Positions 1 to 12,237 are shown, counted from the stretch's first letter. The stretch is DNA of 55,785 bases from Catajapyx aquilonaris (GCA_000934665.2 KZ538215.1:124001-179785), one strand, 5' to 3'. Notes: generated by a model from the sequence alone, not told the origin. Made by a program: numbers and translations.

Positions 1-784
1 CAACTTGCGCTTGACCTGAGTCAACTCCAAAAGACAGATGAACAGCTATTTCCCTGGCTGTAGCGGACTGAGATCATTCATGATGGTATCAATCCACAAG
101 TACCAGTGTTGGCTCAGCTTAATTTCTGCTGTCCCTTGGTTGGTGGCCCACCCTGGATTAACCACTCACAAAATGTGATATTTTCCTAACTTCAGCTATT
201 CTACTCCATGCAAACACACATGAACCCATACAACACATGGTTTGAGGAATGACGACCTGCCCAAAAAGGGAATCAACACAGCCTGACAGCAGAATATCAA
301 TCAAGGTATTGTTCTTCACACAAGTGGGCCTGAATTTGAGAGATGTGATTACATTTCTATTCTGGTAGATGTACCAGAAAATATCACATTTCAATGGAAC
401 ATGACGAAGCTGGCAGGTGATGTGCCTGGAGTAAACAGATTGGGTAATACTCCAGCACAATTTGCATTTCCTGATGGCATGAATTTATTTAATCACGAAT
501 ACTGCTATTCAACAAATTTACGGCTAATTGTACAAAGTGCTGTAGTGCAAGTTCCTCCCTCAGATCCTTCTACGCCCCACCCAGTAGTACCCCTTGGTTT
601 GAGGGGCAATTGGTCATTACACTATGCATAGATAACTACTGCATGTTTGCATGCTGCATCACCCTCAGCTGGCTCAAACATTACTGTCATTTATGGGTGC
701 TCAACATTATATGAGAAGTCAACTGGTGGAACAATAATTATGTGCTGATCCCCCCCCCCCCCNCCCACACACACACACAGGCGT

Positions 785-1330
785 GCATTCCTAGTATCCT
801 TGTGAGGTTTTTCCAAAATTTAAAATTTAAAACTAACCTAACCTACAAAAAACACACCAAATTTTGGTGAAATGAATTTTTACCGTTTTTATGAGGTACT
901 GTACTGATTTTTCCCTATCCTTGTGAGGCGTGTGTTCACTATGAGGTACAGGAAAACTACCTCGTAATGACAAAATTCCTCACAAGGATAGGAAAAACGT
1001 GAAAAAAATTCCTCACAAGGATAGCAATGCGCGTCCACTCCTGCGCCCCATAGGCTGTGGGGGCAAGAAAAACACACGTTTTCGAAGCGAGTGTAAACTG
1101 ATCTAACCTGATCTAACCTAACCTACCCTAACCTACCCTACCCTACCTATCCTAGGCTGATAAAAATGGACTTTTGCAAAACCCTACATAACATACATAA
1201 CCCTACATGTCCCCACTGAAGCAGTATCCCACCATGCGTTTTTGCTGTGGGGACGCGAAATGTCCCCACAATTTGGAGCATGTCCCCAGAGCTACAGTCA
1301 AAACACCAACCTTAGTCCCCAGACCCTATG
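785..1330. repeat. MITE-like repeats with inverted TATCCTTGTGAGG motifs and (AACCT)n tracts
   Basis: TATCCTTGTGAGG at ~795 and ~916, with its inverse CCTCACAAGGATA at ~978 and ~1011. ctaacct/ctaccct tandem arrays at ~832-845 and 1100-1150. Confidence 0.5.
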
Positions 1331-1454
1331 CGAGATCTGAACTTGCATTATTACCCATTGAGTTCTTTGCGAATTCTTTGTTCTTTCTTGAATTTAACAG
1401 TTGCTGATTCCTCTTCCGGGAAAGGGGGGGGGGGGGGTTCTTTTTCCTTCTTTT

Positions 1455-1710
1455 GGCAAGAACTGCAGTAGATGTATGGTATTTAACAGACTTCGGAGAG
1501 TGCCGAGATCGACAATACAGTACTGTATTTATCGATAGACCCTGCCACAATGTACCACGAGGGAAAATGGAGCATTTATGGTCGTGTGTTGCAGTGATGA
1601 GTTTATGATCAGATTTGCGTTGTTATCGTCAAATTTTGCCCAGTTTTTCAATTTAAAAACATGTCCAAACAGGCGTTAAAGTGAAACGGCGTAAGACGGG
1701 TACTACTGCA
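1455..1710. mobile_element. Right half of a pogo/Tigger-like MITE (same family as 48838-49620)
   Basis: gcaagaactgcagtagatgtatggtatttaacaga...gtgccgaga... aligns to 49361-49620 and ends gcgtaagacgggtactactg. Confidence 0.55.
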
Positions 1711-2642
1711 TAGTTAAAAATTGTGCTATTCTCCCCTAATACAAGACAATATTATTCAAAGAGCCAAGTATATGGAAAATGCGCCACTTTGTGGGGAAAA
1801 GCCTCCTTTCACTGTACTATGCAGCTCTGTGTATACTGTTAATGCGAGCCATCCAAAAGGCATTTTGAATCAGTCAGGGTCATTCCAACCAATAACAATC
1901 AAGTTGCAGGTCAAATGACTTATACCTGATAGCACCAACTGAATTACCGATCCGAGAGCTTCTAATACAGTGGTTCCCAACCTTTTCGTCATGATGCCCC
2001 CCTTTCTGTTTTCACCAAACACTCGGCATGGCCATTTGACTGTGGCATGACTTTCTGGACTTCTAAAAATTATGAACAGCATATAGTAAAAATAGGACTC
2101 TCACACAATGGTATGGATCAGTGGTTGGCTCATGAAGCCTTTTTCGAGGGGTCACGCGGTGGCCCATGGTTATTTTTACTAGCAATAAATTTTATAGGAA
2201 ATTTCACCACGAAAGTTCACGTCATGTTTAAATATGTCTAAGCTACACTAATCATTCTCAGTTTATATGATTTAATGGGCGCTCTCCTCAATTCAAATAG
2301 GAATGTGATTTTTGTCTCTTTTTTTTTTTGGGGNNNNNNNNNNNNNNNNNNNNNNNNNNNNNNNNNNNNNNNNNNNNNNNNNNNNNNNNNNNNNNNNNNN
2401 NNNNNNNNNNNNNNNNNNNNNNNNNNNNNNNNNNNNNNNNNNNNNNNNNNNNNNNNNNNNNNNNNNNNNNNNNNNNNNNNNNNNNNNNNNNNNNNNNNNN
2501 NNNNNNNNNNNNNNNNNNNNNNNNNNNNNNNNNNNNNNNNNNNNNNNNNNNNNNNNNNNNNNNNNNNNNNNNNNNNNNNNNNNNNNNNNNNNNNNNNNNN
2601 NNNNNNNNNNNNNNNNNNNNNNNNNNNNNNNNNNNNNNNNNN

Positions 2643-2707
<65 letters not shown>
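2643..2707. repeat. (AG)n microsatellite next to an assembly gap (N run 2334-2642)
   Basis: Read directly from the sequence. Confidence 0.95.
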
Positions 2708-2710
<3 letters not shown>

Positions 2711-3209
2711 GTGGCAGATAGAAAAAAAAATTTGACCTCCTCTGACCCTTGGTTGACTCATGAGGCGGTGTTTACTGTTTACCGTATCCACGTGAGTAAC
2801 CCAGCAGCTGTAATGGTAGTCTCCTTCCAATACTATACATGGATTTTTTTTTTTTTTTACACCTCTGCGATTTTTTATGCTTGCTACATCATGAATTTGC
2901 CATGTCTATTAAGGGTCGGAAAAAACTGGTCGCTAACTGGTAACTTGGGGTCCTTTTTGGACCCCCAAGACGACTAGTGAGCGTTTAAATGACGTTAATT
3001 CCCTTCCGAATTTTTTTTCAGGTGTGAAAGAGTATATTTCAGGAATATAGGTGTGGGAATTTTCATTTTGACAAAAACCTGCTTCAAGGTGGTGACATAA
3101 GAATACCTGGGGTCCAAACAGGACCCCCACGATACCAATTAAGGGTTAAGTGTCCATGCAATCTTGCTAGGTATTTTTTCAAATGATGAATGCAGTTGTT
3201 TCGACTTAC

Positions 3210-3541
3210 CTCCGGATGAGCAGTACGGTGGAGAATATGAGTGGAGAAGGGCAATGTTGGAGGCCACCACTGGGGTCGAGGTATTTCTGCCCAATTTCCA
3301 ACGTCACATCCCAAGGAACATTTCAACATGAATGGAACAAATGTCTGAAGCTCAGACTGCCAAATAAGACATTCTGTTACAGTCCATTGTAAAGTCCACA
3401 ACAAAACTGACCTATCCCCACAACAAATAATTGTTTCCCTACCAGGCTCATTTTGTCCAGGCATGTAGGCTCTCCTTTGGAGAAAAGGATGGGTAAATGA
3501 GATATCATGACGTTCTTCTTATGAACCGTCATTTCAGCCAT
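3210..3541 (-). CDS. NRF1/Erect wing (Ewg)-like DNA-binding domain protein, first two coding exons (3' part not found in window)
   Basis: Exon 3541-3443 (MAEMTVHKKNVMISHLPILFSKGEPTCLDKMSL), an 86-nt GT-AG intron, then exon 3356-3210 (SELQTFVPFMLKCSLGCDVGNWAEIPRPQWWPPTLPFSTHILHRTAHPE) followed by a GTAAGT donor. Both junctions are phase 0. The peptide resembles the NRF1 segment LPPLTIDGIPVSVDKMTQAQLRAFIPEMLKYS...KPIWWPEDIPW (recalled). In-frame stops lie upstream of the ATG, with an acceptor (tttcag) at 3594. Confidence 0.75.
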
Positions 3542-4312
3542 GTCGTGATTTTCCAAGCACCAGATTTTCTTTCAGTCAGGTTTCTAATTGCGTCTGAAAC
3601 AGTGAAAGCAAAATTATTCAGTTTGTGACATTACTGGAAAAGAAAAGTCAAGAAAAAAATGTTCAAATATTTATTTCATTCATATAAAATTTTCTCGCCT
3701 TTGTTGGCTACAGAGGTGCATAATAGTAGTCACAGTTTCAGATTTTTTTCCGACCAATTTTCAGCCAAATCGAACGGAAAACCAGATCATATCCCATATG
3801 ACCTTCGGAGGTCAATAGCACGCTCCCTGTAGGTCCTACCTCGAAATGTCTCTATCTAACATTGATCAGGATGGTCTGGGCTGCAACATATCCAATTTTC
3901 AGGCAAATCTAACGGAAGGCCACTCGCCCATATATTTTGTGCCTCCTCCTTTCATTCAAGAATTGTGAAATAAATTCTGCAGAAGTTCAGAAATGCCTAA
4001 ATGTTACTTCTAGGCATGAATTCGATTGTGAATTCAGATGTGGCCTATTGAAAATGGAGGGGAAGATTGGGGTGGGAGAGTTGAAGGCTGGCTGAGTCAG
4101 GTGCAACTAGACCTACAGAGGTTTTGCATTGTGCATGGCTCTCCACGCCATTACCAACGATTACTTATTGCAATGTATTTCTCTGGTTTTCGACATGCAT
4201 TGAAAACTACAACCAAATAAAAGTTAATAAAATTTAAAGCAGTCATTTATATTGGCATTGACCTCTCGAGTTACAGGCATAATCCAACAATTGTCCACTT
4301 GTAATAACCATT

Positions 4313-4580
4313 TGGGACTTTCTTATCGAAAAGAAGTCTTATAGAATGGTTGTCCATCTGTCTGTGGACAGGTATCAGGGCCTACACTGCAAGAGATAGC
4401 GACAAACGGTTTTCGAATTCGGATTCAGTGGACCCTAAATAGGTTTCATGGCCAACTTTCGGTGAACTGCCACTTCCGGTTTTACTTTATCTGCCAAGGT
4501 CAAATCTACAGGCAGGTTACCATATAAATTGGGTTCCTTGGAAATGAGACTGACAACAATCAATGTCCTTGTTGTCCAAT
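4313..4580 (+). mobile_element. Helentron/DINE-1-like non-autonomous element
   Basis: 5' short hairpin (gactttcttatcgaaaagaagtc), GTCC/GTCT tract and TTGGGA...GTCCAA subterminal repeats. The body matches the two copies at 14770-15240. Confidence 0.55.
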
Positions 4581-6234
4581 TATAATCGCATTTTGTCATA
4601 TCGTATCATATTCAATGGTAGTGTTCCACCTTAGGTTACTTCCAAATTACAAATGCTATTTTGTAGCATTGGTATCGATACATATTGGGAGATTATCACT
4701 CCATCAGATAGATGGCAGCATTCTCCCCAATGCAAATAGATGCGGTTGGTAGTCTCACCTCCAAGTGGAGAGGTAGCGAAACTATTATGCTTACAAGCTA
4801 TCGTGATTATTATTTCTACGAATCTTCTGGGTCTTAAATGTAGTGTATAAATCTGGAACGATTATTACATTGTTAATTAATAAAGAAAATCTGAAGAACC
4901 ATAAAGAAGAGAAAAGCATGATTTAGCTTGATCTCTGTTCGGACTTGTTTGAATCCCATCGCGATGTGCACCTCCCTGACTGCAGGCAGCCATATTGAAT
5001 CATGTCAGCTTGGTAGGATGGAAACTGACTTACAGCATGAGGTGCTTGCTACCATTGGAGGTCACAGCACTGGCTGTGAACACAAGCACAGGCTTGCACG
5101 AACCACCGTGGTCTTTCATGCTCGGTACGCTCCATTATTAACATCCCACTATTGGATATAAGATGGCTACCAGAATCACACCTTGCTAATTCAAGATATC
5201 AGTGGTAATGATCCTGTCGGTTGTGACCCAAATGCCATGGTGGAACACCACCTTTGTCAGCCTGATTTCCTACTACCCAATGAGAAAACGTCTACTCTAA
5301 TCATGCTCGCGTGATCTTCGAATCTAGTTTGGTACCCATTTTTTCATATAAGCTTATTTCATAATCTAGCAATGAAAAACATACCATGAAGTACAGGTGC
5401 CAAATAGGTATGAAACATATGAAAGACAGGAACAGGTTGGGTGATGGGACGGAAGTGAGAGAAATGCAGAGCAAGAGCAGCAGAAGATAAGGACATGGCA
5501 GTCCTGGACAATAGGAGCGAAAGTTGAGCTGTTTATTCAATGTGTTCCAAGTTAGTGGGGCCTTTTATAATAGTTACTGTTCCAGGAAATTTCGCTCAAA
5601 GCTGTTATTTTCTTGTAGCTTGTTGTGCCCTGATCCAGGTAACCACCAAGGTAACCACATTATTGCAACAGTCATTTCCATGCCTACCTCCTAGGAGCAA
5701 CGCAAACCCTTGTTTATGATGGAACAACAACTACTGTTGTCTTCAACTGGTAACCATGGTTTCTAAGAGTTAGATGCGTGTGTGACTAGTAACAAAGGCT
5801 CGCTTTTTGGCAGAACAACGCATCTGTGGCACGAAGTGTATCAGCAAAAAATTCTTCTTTCTAGTCACTCTATTATTTCTCAAAATATGCGTATTTATTT
5901 CAGTTACACCCTGTACAGAGAGAAATAGGATTTTCTTGAATATACATTCCTGTCAAGCACCAACTGTTCCTGGCTGTTCAATGCCTAGTAGCAATGCTGA
6001 CCTACAAGAACAAGTCACAATGGACTGGCTTTGACAACCTAACAAATGTGTTGATAGATTATGTCTTCAAGCTCTACAACAATGGGTTATTAACTTACAT
6101 TTTTTTGCGTACATGGACTAACACCCNNNNNNNNNNNNNNCCCCCCCCCCCCCCCCCAAAAAAAAAGAGAGACTACCTATGAAGGTGTACACAGACTAAT
6201 CTTGGTGAATAACCCCCCTGGCTCTAGTCTACAT

Positions 6235-6844
6235 CAGTGGTTCTTAACCTGGGGTGCCCCCTACTAGCAAGGTGCACCTCGGGACTTACAAGGGGGGTAC
6301 ATGAAGTGGACTCTGTCAGAATTGCATGAAACTTGCACAGTAGGTGTATCACAGGCCTACAATTTCACTGGTATGGGCCATTTTCTGCTACGCCCAGCCG
6401 TTGTCGATCTATGAGGGACAATAGATCCGCATGGGTGCGTTCAGGAGAGTAAGGTGAGGGGACGGGAAGCGTTAGGAAAGCGGGCAGTTCAGTTTCCAGG
6501 GGCACGCAGCTAGTAAACAACAAGGTAACCAACAGCGCAATGCTACAGGGAGGGTTCGAATCACATTAGAATCATCTTCAGTTGTTGTTCCATTGGCAAG
6601 CTGCTTTGCAAGTGAGGCCTGAAAACGGCTGGCCGTAGCAGAAAATGGCCTATACCAGTGAAATTGTAGGCCTGTGATACACCTACTGTGCAAGTTTCAT
6701 GCAAATCTGACAAGAGTCCACTTCATGTCCCCCCCTTGTTAGTGTAACTATGAACTTAATCAATCACCACTGGTATATGGGGGTGCGATAAGGACCAACT
6801 GTCTTCAAAGTGGTGCGGAGGCCCGAAAAGGTTAAGAACCCCTG
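6235..6844. mobile_element. hAT-type MITE with a nested foldback MITE
   Basis: TIRs CAGTGGTTCTTAACC / GGTTAAGAACCCCTG with 8-bp TSD gtctacat/gtctacag. The nested element 6288-6739 has ~120-bp inverted repeats starting ACAAGGGGGG. Confidence 0.85.
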
Positions 6845-7499
6845 GTCTACAGGATCTCATGGATGCCTATTTCCATGAACTCCTGTCAGCTCATCGAGTG
6901 TGGCAGTCAGTCTGCCACCCATTTAATAGGCTCTCCCGCTGTAAGCCACACCAAATTTGAGGATTGTAAACATAAGCGAGCACCGCCCAGCAATACAGAC
7001 GTGCTAAATTCTGAAACACACAGTACTTGTGACTTGTGACATGCATGATTCGCGCGTGGACTTGGTAGGTTGCAACCAAATCAGGAGTGGCCACCTACAA
7101 AAATGGCTGAACATTATATCTGAATGTCATGGAAGGCAGGCAAGTTAGGGTCAGAAATCACCACCCACCCTCACCAAGTCTGATCTGATGTGCCTCATAT
7201 GCTTGCACATATGGCATCTGGCCAGTGACAGGCCCCTAGTGATGAAAAGCAATCCCTGCATACCACTACATCTCATCGTTCCATGCAGCTGGCATAAGTG
7301 TCCCAGGCCTTACGTCTTGACCCAGCCTACCATGACCGCCTTGGTCACTTGTACCAACGTACCAACCCCCCTGACTTATCCCACACCCTGTACTCACAGT
7401 GCACTCCAAGCCGGGGCTCGTCCCCGTCCAGGAGACACCCCGTCCACTACCACTACCATCCAAGGAAGATGACCAAAAAAAGCAAAAAAAAAACAGGTG

Positions 7500-8110
7500 T
7501 CTCGGAAGTACGGAGGTGGGTCGATGATCGCCCCTTTATGCCCGCTGCTCCCCTCACTTCCTCCGCAGCCCGGGGAGGGGAGGGCTGCCCGTCCGCAGCC
7601 AAGAGCTTTCGCCCCTTCTCGCACCAAGGGGGGAGCCACTTCCCTCCTCTCGCCTTCCCAACCCGCCCGCCCCTCGCTGGAGAAGAACCCAACGACGGAC
7701 GAATCAGATCTAGTTCCAAGTCCCAACCTTCGTCCAATCCCCGTGCCACTTATTGCACAGTCCGGGAAATAAAGTCGAGGTCACACATACGTCAATTGCC
7801 ACGTCACATCTCATAGTTTTCCCGTGACGCGTAGGAGAAAGTCTACCCTCGCACTGAGGGGTTATTCCCGTGCGAGGCTACAACCGTGGTAAGCTACGCG
7901 AGAGGCCTCGTTGGGAAGGATGGAAGTGGGCGGACCTAACTGGCTTGTACCGGTTTTGGCAGTGACGTCATCTGCCATCAGCAAGCTCTGCGTCATCTCG
8001 CGAATTAAAATGGCCGCTGCTTGGCTTCGTTTCTCGACACCCACCTTTACTAGAAGGTTTTCATAGCCTCTTCTGGTAGCAATCATGTAAATTTTCACAT
8101 TCTCACCTGC
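7500..8110. promoter_or_regulatory. CpG-rich promoter-like island with UPRE/CRE/YY1-like motifs
   Basis: TGCCACGTCA (7797-7806), TGACGTCA (7963-7970), TCTCGCGA (~7996) and AAAATGGCCGC (~8007). It may drive the minus-strand NRF1-like gene (inference). Confidence 0.45.
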
Positions 8111-10424
8111 ACCTAACCTAACACAACCTAACCTGGCAATCCAAAATAACGGTGGGGTCAAAGGGCCAACTGGAAGGCTCATCATGCACACGCCATGCAC
8201 GAAGTCGATGAACACTAACCACATCATCCACAAACCGCGATGTATACTCATATATTTTTCATATCCCCTACGGTTTATATCTGACGTCGTCTATAACAAC
8301 ATGATTTTCCGGCGCAATAACATATGCAAATGACCCAAATTGACCTCAAAGCAAATCAGCCAAACTGCGAACAATGTCCACTGTGTGTATGTGACTTCTC
8401 TTCTCCATAGCATCTAAACCCATCATCTTGTTGACAACGACTCCGGACACACAGTTTACCTGCGTACCCAATGTACTCTGAAGTCAATGCATTGGCAGTG
8501 CGTAGCACGCATGCCGGTGTACAGGCTACGGCCGTCAATGCGTGACCCATCAGCGAGCCAGAGCGTGCGATAAACGAGGGACTGGAGGGAGCAAGAAGGG
8601 GAGGCCCGGGCCTGCAGGATGATATTGTGCTAAGCTAGCAACCGGGAGACTTCTACGTTCTTCGGTTCCGGGAGCGTTGCCACATCGAAGGAGCGGGAGT
8701 GCCAGCTCGTGTCCAAGGGAGAACAAAGGAGAGAGAATTTAGTCGTTACTGAATGACTGAAATCCCGTTTCTATAGCGTAAAAACCCGTTTCATGAGAAA
8801 CTCACTAGTCCCAACAAACAGGACAATGCAAACAAATATATCACATGTTAATATCATAACTGGTGAAGTAAGTTGACAATGTCGTCAGAAAGAGTACAAG
8901 ATGAGAACAGATTCAGGTGTTTAAAATGGCGGATTGTAGGACTCAGAACTGCAACAAAATGAGACGAAAAATGTTTCATGGTTTACTGCAACTTATACCT
9001 TCCAAACACCAGAAAGTGAGATCAAACTATACTGCCAGGATAAGAAGCAATAACAAGTCTTTTGGTGGCAATCATGTTACGCCATGTTAGGTTAGGTCCG
9101 GGAAGGGGATGACTAATAACGTTTCTATTTGAGGCGTTATGATACCACCTACGGCTTTGGAGTCACCTCAATGGCCACCTATATTGTCCAAATACTGTCG
9201 CAAGTACACGTTCATGCAATATGTCGTCAGAAAGCCTGACTCAAGTCCTGCAGCGGGGAACCAATTCTTCTCAACGTCAATGAGCGAGTAAGAAGATAAA
9301 CCGATTTAAATTATAAAAGACCCCCATTTTCTAAGAGATTCGGTGGAAAGATAAAGTGTGTGATTTTTTAATGTCACGTGTAGATTGTCAAAAGAACTTC
9401 CCATGATCCAGTGGTAGAGAGGAAATTTTTATATTTAGAAATCATGTTAAATCTAAGATTGCAATAACTAATTGTTTTAAATCAACAGTATCTTCAGCGC
9501 TTCTCTCTCCCCTTGCGCACGGCCAAACCCGTCGCGTCGTTGCTTCCAACAATGAAATCCGACCAACCGCAGCACAGAAATGCATATTGTAGCGCCGTAG
9601 CGGTATCATTGTTGCAATCGCAGTTTTGCGTTCATTTCTACAAATAAAAGCGTCATATTCATCATTGCATCGTATGTCAAATTTTTCCACCATCTACACC
9701 ACTACACGGGACAATAATAATAAAACAGTGAACTTGCTATTTCTACTGAATCGCTTAGAAATAGTGGTATTTTCAAATTTGACACCCAGACGTCACTCTT
9801 GCGTACTTTCAAAAGACAACAACAAAAAAAACCACCTTATGTGCAGATCTGCACATAAGGTCGACTTTCTAGGTAGCTAGCCTGGACTCTCGACCTTACC
9901 GCTATGTGCAGATGCATTGTTTTTCGGCATAGTACTTGTACCCTGTCACAGTGCTTGAGTCAGTCAATCTGACGATAAGTGAATGTATTAATCTGTATTT
10001 GAGTAATATTGGTGCCAATTGAGGTGATATGCATACCGTACAGTACTGACATGAAATCTAATCCAATAAAAATGTACTACTATACGAGATATCAGCAGAA
10101 TTCCTTCATATAGGTCATTGCAGTTAAACTGAGCCCATCTGACGACACATCGTATCAGCAGTATCTAATGTGCAATTGCACGATAATGTCAACATGACAG
10201 AATGGGGAAAATGCTATGGCTGGAAAAAATTAGCTCTGCGCGTTGGAAGGGACAAATCCAAATTTAACTCCAGCACACATCCACGTTTGTTTCGTTACAT
10301 GTGTGAGTGTGGGGACAACGTACTGTACAGTACATGTGTGAATGATTTTACATGAGTGCACAATCTCACCATGTTGTCCATGTACAGTACAGTACCGGTA
10401 CTTCGATATCTTCCGTAAAGTTCC

Positions 10425-10753
10425 ACGTGCAATCTTTGTTAGGAAAAAGGTAGCCGTTTAGACAACCTCCGGCGCGGCGCCCGGTGAAGATAGTGATCCT
10501 CGCCTCGGGAATTTGTGACCGCCTGGAGGCATGGGGAATTTTTGGTGGTGGGGTGGAGATTGGGGGCGCACCGCGCGGATTCTGTCCGCGGAGGGCACGA
10601 CAAGATGTCCCTACTGCCTTTCCGTGTGACCTTCTCGCGCCGTTTAGCCACAACGAGCCCCCTCCTAGACCTTCGCGTCCCCGTCCGAGTGGAGGGAACG
10701 GCACGACAAACGAACTCTGTTTCGCGGCACAACGCAGGCAGTGAAAACAGCCT
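10425..10753. mobile_element. Partial Harbinger-like MITE (sister copy at 12135-13097)
   Basis: Ends GCAGTGAAAACAGCC, the inverse of the GCCGGTTTTCACTGC start of the copy at 12135. Internal sequence is shared (gtgatcctcgcctcggg, ctgcctttccgtgtg). Confidence 0.6.
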
Positions 10754-11073
10754 ATAACACTAGTATATAACCACACTGCGCAGTAAAGCCAATGCTGCTG
10801 TTGTGCCATTAAAATGATAATAAATCTGAAAGTAAAATTGCAACACCCAGAAAAAAAATAACATGTCTGAAAGCTCCTCCCAGTAATAATCTCGTCTTTT
10901 CCTCTTAATATCGCCAGGGTCGTATTCATACCTACTGATCTTTACTGTTTCCTCTGCCCCCATGTCTAAACAAAACCTTCATTCCTACCCATCTCGTCAC
11001 TGATTAGAACTGTTGAGAATGTGCGAGATGAGCAAAATGCCATTCAATCCCTTCGTTGGTGGTGTACTGTATA

Positions 11074-11643
11074 CAGGGTGTAAATGAATTCAATCGACAA
11101 ACTTGTATAGGTGTGGTAGAGGGGACCAAGACGAACATTTTTGACATAGGAACCCGTGTCCGGAAACGCCATCTAGAGGGGGTTCATAGACAAGGAACGG
11201 GTGCGCTCAGACGCGTCACGCGAGAGGTGCTAGGTGAGCGGATTGTTTTGTTGGTAGATGGCGCTCGGATAGTAACCAACGATGCGATGGCCATAACGTG
11301 GCAACAGCAGAGCCATCTAGCAACTAAAGTCCGCCTCCTAGGAGACGTGCAAGACGCGCGGATAGTCAATAGCGGTTTTGTTGTTGCCAGGTACTATGGC
11401 GTATCGCGTTGTTGTTTACTTACAACGACACGATACGCCATAACCTGGCAACACCTGCGCGTCATCTATCAACAAAACAGTCCGATTAGCGCCTCTCGCG
11501 TGACGCGTCTGAGCGCACCCGTTCCTTGTCTATGAACCCCCTCTAGATGGCGTTTCCGGACACGGTTTCCTATGTCAAAAATGTTTGTCTTGGTTCCCTC
11601 TATTACCCCAACAAGTTTGTCGATTGAATTCATTTACACCCTG
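11074..11643. mobile_element. Tc1/mariner-derived foldback MITE
   Basis: TA|CAGGGTGTAAATGAATTC...GAATTCATTTACACCCTG|TA with ~190-bp inverted arms. Same family at 38407-39845, related to 55694-55785. Confidence 0.9.
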
Positions 11644-12237
11644 TATAGAACACTAACCACAATCGATTCTGAACGAATAATTCTACCTGGCTCCAGTTTC
11701 GCAAAATACTCTCTACTCTACCCTCTAGTCTAGACTCTATAGAGTATAGATCTAGAATCTAGATTATGGGATATCCTAATAATTGCAATCAATCCTTACA
11801 ACCACAACAAACCAAACTGGCTGATGTATGAAACTATGAACAGTCTTCGCACTAACAATAAGGACAACATCATAATTATCTTAGATGAGATACTGTACAA
11901 CAGGATCATTATGCTCTTTGCATTGACAAAATCTGGTGGAAACAGAAATTTGGACTAACCAGCCTTTTACGAGGATTCTTCTGTGTAGGACTGAGGGCCG
12001 GCCTGTTGTATCAACACGAGTTACATTAGAAGAAAATCAGAGGTTTCAAAAACCGGAGGTTTTCAGAAAACTCCGACATAATTATGCGTTGTATCAACAC
12101 ATCTCAGGTGAACTTAATCGCGCGATTAACACATAGCCGGTTTTCACTGCACGCGTGGTGCGGCGATTTCATGCCGCGTGCAATCTTCGTTCGGAAAAAG
12201 GTAGCTGTTTTGAGTACACCCTTCCGAGTCAAGTGAA

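Larger units (their letters stand above)
1..1960 (+). pseudogene. Possible decayed glycoprotein-like reading frame interrupted by repeat insertions
   Basis: One frame is open from 287 to 748 with a single TAG (QQNINQGIVLHTSGPEFERCDYISILVDVPENITFQWNMTKLAG...NWSLHYA*ITTACLH...NITVIYGCST). Protein-like frames occur upstream (1-286) and after the repeats (1721-1960). Many N-x-S/T sequons and Cys. Homology not established. Confidence 0.3.

Noticed and set aside
832..1150. (CCTAA)-like tracts as interstitial TTAGG telomere repeats
   Set aside because: Short, degenerate and embedded within MITE-like repeats, so not a telomeric array.
2275..2830. Long ORFs with poly-X and ER/SL repeats
   Set aside because: Artefacts of the N gap and the (AG)n microsatellite.
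7188..8251. Overlapping 90-170 aa ORFs on both strands
   Set aside because: A GC-rich promoter-like region suppresses stop codons; no recognisable domain.
11056..11535. 159-aa ORF
   Set aside because: Lies within a palindromic MITE and has no transposase motifs.
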